Origin: Candidatus Sumerlaeaceae bacterium
GTDB taxonomy: Bacteria > Sumerlaeota > Sumerlaeia > Sumerlaeales > Sumerlaeaceae
Assembly: GCA_051003195.1 (NCBI GenBank)
Contig: JBPCLP010000023.1
Coordinates: 1-19,071 of the forward strand
Reading direction: 5' to 3'
Length of the DNA stretch: 19,071 nt
The notes beneath the pieces were generated by a model, which saw only the letters and a program-made list of their open reading frames with translations, made no database searches and was not told the DNA's origin. The position numbers and the translations under genes were made by a program. Position 1 is the first letter of the stretch, and the number at the start of each line of letters is the position of its first letter. Below are positions 16,916 through 19,071 of this stretch, piece by piece.

Positions 16916-18016
16916 ATGAAATTCATTCCCTCAGCCCTACTGGCCATGTTGTCACTTTTACCGCAATTTTGCATCGGCGCACCCACTGCGACTGACGGAC
17001 AGGACACCGCAACGCAGTACCTGGCGGCATGGTCCTTTAAAGACTATCCAACCATGTATCGATTGAGCTCGGCCGAAGTTCGGAAGGCTTTACCTGAGCA
17101 GGCCTTCTATTCGGCCGCCGCCGGCATTGCAGCTCCCACGGGCGAGCCGAAGATTGTCAACCGCTCCAACATTTCCGGTACAGGCGAGACCCTCTACGTA
17201 CAGTATCCAGTATCCGGTTCGGAACTGCCGGGCAGAACTTCCATCGTCCTGCAGCCGGATGGGATTAAGCATCCGGAACTGCTAAGTCATGCCGGACCCG
17301 TACAGCGAGGTGCTGCATCCGGCATCGGCCTTGTCCCTCTAAACGCAACTGTGGTAGCGCCGACCGCCGATAAGAGCATTGATGGCGAGACGGCGGAAAG
17401 CATCCTCACAAAAATGCAGAAGGCCACCGATGCCGCAGAAACACTAAAGGCCGATCTTGCGCTTCGAGGCTCGTTAATGGGCGAAACAATCAACGAGACT
17501 GCAAAATTGACTTACCGCGCGCCGGGTCATCTTCGCATGCAGGGAACCAGGTTCGTCATGAACAGCGACGGCACCAAGACCATCCTCTTTCTGCCGCAGG
17601 TAAACGCGTATCTCGATATTGGCGGGTTGGGAAGCTTTGAGTTGGCGCCCGGCATCGGTACACCGGTTTCGGAACTGAAGGAGAAATACAACATCAGCCT
17701 TGCAGGCAAATCAGAAATTGAAGGGGTGCCTGCATACCAGTTGAACATGAAGCCACCATCGAGCGGGAGCATGGGTCTTGGCGCGTTGATGGGCGGACTG
17801 GGCGGCGGCACGATGAAATTGTGGGTGAGCGCTGCCAACTGGATGCCGCTTCGGGCGAAGATCGATACGATCAGTGTCGATTACAAGAACATGCAGATCA
17901 ATGCGGGTGGCATAGAGGACAGCACATTTGTCTTTGTCCCTCCGACCGGCGCACAAGAACTAAACCTTGGCGGGCTGCTTGGCGGGCTCGGAGGCGCGGC
18001 TTTGCCTGCGGAGTAA
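16916..18016 (+). CDS. Secreted protein with an N-terminal NTF2-like segment and a C-terminal LolA-like domain
   Basis: Signal peptide MKFIPSALLAMLSLLPQFCIGA; A..YL.AW...DY..MY.L.S; C-terminal part TAESIL.KM...TLKAD...Y.APG.LR...SDG.....P...Y.L.M.P...KLWV...W.PLR...Y.N..IN.GI.DS.F.F.PP.GA, typical of the LolA fold. Confidence 0.75.
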   Translation: MKFIPSALLAMLSLLPQFCIGAPTATDGQDTATQYLAAWSFKDYPTMYRLSSAEVRKALPEQAFYSAAAGIAAPTGEPKIVNRSNISGTGETLYVQYPVSGSELPGRTSIVLQPDGIKHPELLSHAGPVQRGAASGIGLVPLNATVVAPTADKSIDGETAESILTKMQKATDAAETLKADLALRGSLMGETINETAKLTYRAPGHLRMQGTRFVMNSDGTKTILFLPQVNAYLDIGGLGSFELAPGIGTPVSELKEKYNISLAGKSEIEGVPAYQLNMKPPSSGSMGLGALMGGLGGGTMKLWVSAANWMPLRAKIDTISVDYKNMQINAGGIEDSTFVFVPPTGAQELNLGGLLGGLGGAALPAE

Positions 18017-18211
18017 ATACCAACGACAATGCCCGATGCGTGACGTGAAATTCCATCACAGAGGAATGCTGTTGCGACCGAACGCTATGAAAAGACAGTG
18101 CGCTTGCAGTGGCCAGACTGCCCCTTGCTCGCAATTACCGAGGCCTCCTTCCCCGTCCACAATGGAAAGGATTTACCTGCGGGTGTTATGTTTGCGTAGG
18201 TTCACGGGCCG

Positions 18212-18484
18212 TCAGCCACGTCGATATGCTTCGCTTCGGTGAGCAACTGCCACAATGTCGACCCGCCTGGCGCCATCATGGACTGTGTAAAGAATCCGGT
18301 ATTCTCCAACTCGGATTCGGTATTGTTCCAAGCCACGAAGTTTTCGAGTGCCGGCAGGCCGGGGATCCGTTTCCAGGACTAATATTGCAGCGCTGACCCG
18401 CTGGAATACCGAAGATGGCAGATGGTCCATTTCCTTTTGGGCAGACCGCTTGATGTGTAGTTCATATTTAGGGCTGCCTTTCAC
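18212..18484 (-). CDS. relE: RelE/ParE family type II toxin
   Basis: SAQKE...L, DPRP.G.RKL.G, YRIRVGEYRILY and V.HR.EAYR; GTGA overlap with the upstream small gene. Confidence 0.93.
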   Translation of the reverse strand: MKGSPKYELHIKRSAQKEMDHLPSSVFQRVSAAILVLETDPRPAGTRKLRGLEQYRIRVGEYRILYTVHDGARRVDIVAVAHRSEAYRRG

Positions 18485-18684
18485 CCTTTCTGTTTCTTGC
18501 GCAAGTACTCGCGGAATTGGACTGAAGATTCGCTACGACGTTGTTGGATAGTGGCAATATCGAGGATGTCCTCGACCAGTTGCTTGTCCTTTGCCAGCCG
18601 GGCGACCACCGCATCACGCTCATGTTCAGGCAACGCTTTTAGTATGGCGACGAATCCTTCTGCTGTATTGCTCGCAACTCTCAT
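18481..18684 (-). CDS. Putative antitoxin (67 aa) of the RelE toxin
   Basis: Directly upstream of and overlapping relE; purine-rich SD (AAAGGGGGG) before the ATG; C-terminal ED..D...IQQRR.E....F.EYL pattern. Confidence 0.8.
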   Translation of the reverse strand: MRVASNTAEGFVAILKALPEHERDAVVARLAKDKQLVEDILDIATIQQRRSESSVQFREYLRKKQKG

Positions 18685-18930
18685 CTATGCCCCCCTTTCG
18701 TCTCATTCTCGCTGATTATGAAATCAAGTGTCGGCCCTATTCTCGTAGATTCAAGCACGCGTTCAAGGGATGGCTCTCGCTCCCCATCATAACGGTAGTA
18801 ACGCCCTGCGCTTGCAAAATAGCTCCGGGTTAAACCTGACCTCTTTAACTTCTATGGCTGCTCTACTTGGTTGTTTACTCACGACTGGTCCGTTTACTTA
18901 ATCGCATCAGGTAATCTACTGCATACCCAG

Positions 18931-18975
18931 TTAAAATAAAGCAGAAAGCCCCCGCTTTTAGGGCGGGGGCTGTTT
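18931..18975 (-). terminator. Intrinsic (rho-independent) terminator of a minus-strand transcript entering from the right
   Basis: Perfect 9-bp stem AGCCCCCGC (18947-18955)/GCGGGGGCT (18963-18971) with a 7-nt loop; followed on the minus strand by TTCTGCTTTATTTT and on the plus strand by GTTT, so it may be bidirectional. Confidence 0.8.
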
Positions 18976-19071
18976 GGATTATGCGAGCGAGGTTTTGGTT
19001 CGCTGGAAGCTAGACAGAAGAGAAGTGCGCTGCGTGGTCGTTTTGATCAAGGCGTATGGGATCGACCTGGC

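Noticed and set aside
18770..18930. Lower-GC stretch as a possible gene remnant or sRNA
   Set aside because: It contains only short ORFs with no recognisable motif and no convincing structure, so no call can be supported.
18979..19071. 3' end of a minus-strand gene upstream of the terminator
   Set aside because: Two frames are open at the window edge (ending ...KTSLA* or ...HFSSV*). The real frame and product cannot be determined.

Overview
Bacterial chromosomal window of roughly 57% GC; a LolA-like gene suggests a diderm. In order it holds: a REP-like cluster of nested palindromes (7-155), a 389-aa hypothetical protein, a secreted NodB-type polysaccharide deacetylase, lon and radA, and then a minus-strand block. 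That block is an Rrf2 regulator, sufB, an [antitoxin-PIN toxin] pair, sufC, sufD, sufS, sufU and sufT, followed by a lone receiver-domain protein and an M20 amidohydrolase. After it come a GT2 glycosyltransferase, a very acidic 92-aa four-Cys protein, a secreted NTF2-like/LolA-like protein, a RelE-type toxin-antitoxin pair and a terminator. Three observations stand out. (1) A PIN/VapC toxin-antitoxin pair, whose antitoxin gene is lower in GC, sits inside the SUF Fe-S operon and is translationally coupled to sufB. (2) The SUF Rrf2 regulator has an extra Cys4-His tail. (3) A cytoplasmic, ~48% Asp/Glu protein with a HiPIP-like Cys pattern lies 1 kb from the SUF operon. All family calls come from motif recognition by eye; no database searches were run.
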